Shown one piece after another: positions 62,943-64,000 of a stretch of 64,000 nt of DNA. A model generated the notes under the pieces. It ran no database searches, had not been told where the DNA came from, and was given only the letters and a program-made list of their open reading frames with translations. The stretch is from Eukaryota sp. GEM-RC1 (Eukaryota): positions 1,736,001 through 1,800,000 of the forward strand of contig JAUFOQ010000016.1 in assembly GCA_040285855.1 (NCBI GenBank), written 5' to 3'. The position numbers and the translations under genes were made by a program. Positions within the stretch are counted from its first letter, which is position 1; every line of letters begins with the position of its first letter.

Positions 62943-64000
62943 TCTAATAAATCGAATTCAGATGTCTGATAAAAATTGAGCTTCGACGATACGAACTACA
63001 CACAGAGGAAATGGAGAAATTGACCAAACAAGTATGGACAGGTCTTGAAACAATTGAATTTCCAATCAATAGATTGTAATATATAATTGGACCGGAAAAT
63101 TGGAGAGCGATTAATTACTCAATTAATTGCTATTGTTACAGATGTTTTAACTGCTTGAAATGAATAAGAGTTACACTGTTAATGTATACAAGCAGTTGAA
63201 GAACATATCAGTTCCCATGTTCATAAATCCTTTTTTTAATCTCATGTACTTGGTGCTGGATGTAAGGAGTCCAAACTAACACCAATTTAAGGCATCTTCA
63301 ATCACACAAATCAAGAACAGATTCATTAGTAAAACAAATCTAATGAAGTCTTGTCAATTTTAATCATATAGTTATTTTTTACTTGACCTTTGAAATGGTG
63401 GACCTTCTGGATTTATGTCTCAAATTCCTAAGGTGTTTGGATTACATCTATCTGATGAAGCTTGGATGATCGATATGCGTCTTCGTTTGGCTATTTGGCC
63501 TGTAAATTTATTAAACTATTAAACTTGCTCTTGTGGAGCTGATGGTGTTTTTCGTCATTTAATTAATTGACGTGAGACAATTTTAAGACACAATGTCTTG
63601 AGACTGAGGAGAGTGAGGAAAAGGACGTCGTTACTGAAGATGAGAGTGAAGAAAACTTAGTTTTACAAACTTTTTAGTCTACCTTAACCACTAGCAGTAG
63701 GCATTTAGTGTTGATTTCCACTTTGATCATTTGAAGGGAGTAGATGCAACGAACTCTTGACCAGTTCTTTGCATCATCTACTCGCCACAGCTCTTACACA
63801 CCAAAGAGCAAATCCAAGAAACTTTCTCCTGGAAAAAACCTACCTTCTCCTTCTTCGTTACCACGGTCATCATCTCCTCTGCAGATATTAAATCTAGATT
63901 CACCTCTCTCTTTAACAACACCTGACGAAACCTCTTACGCTTCTGTGTTTCTAGAGATAGTATCTTCGTGTAAACCCCATGTTCTACTTCCAAATGAACG

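Noticed and set aside
63000..64000. Coding or transposase remnant at the window end
   Set aside because: Only short ORFs with no recognisable motif.

Overview
This is AT-rich genomic DNA from a compact, intron-poor eukaryote. Tiny GTATGT...CTAAC-CACAG introns suggest a metamonad-like protist, which is inference. Housekeeping genes (V-ATPase D, Kri1, DIM1, RFC1, tepsin, M1 aminopeptidase, ATG2-like, KCS, tRNA-Ile) alternate with many mobile elements. Many single-base indels in homopolymers break conserved genes, so frameshifts are mostly read as long-read assembly errors. The standout is a ~8.07 kb insertion (about 35641-43708) between RFC1 and its divergent neighbour, bounded by a 7-bp direct repeat CATTTGG. 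It carries a 43-unit 15-bp minisatellite, two orphan ORFs, three tandem 75-nt hairpins and a ~1,690-aa protein. That protein reads: N-terminal 2A (StopGo) peptide, Ulp1/C48 protease, degenerate PolB exonuclease-like domain, Fanzor (TnpB-like RNA-guided RuvC nuclease with intact D-E-D) and a CCHC knuckle, followed by a candidate omegaRNA hairpin. A decayed second Fanzor lies at about 1160-2250. Also notable are a duplicated Ser/Thr kinase fused to a histidine-kinase ATPase domain, a DIM1 intron lacking a suitably placed AG, two RLE-type non-LTR retrotransposon families and several MITEs with clear TIRs and TSDs.
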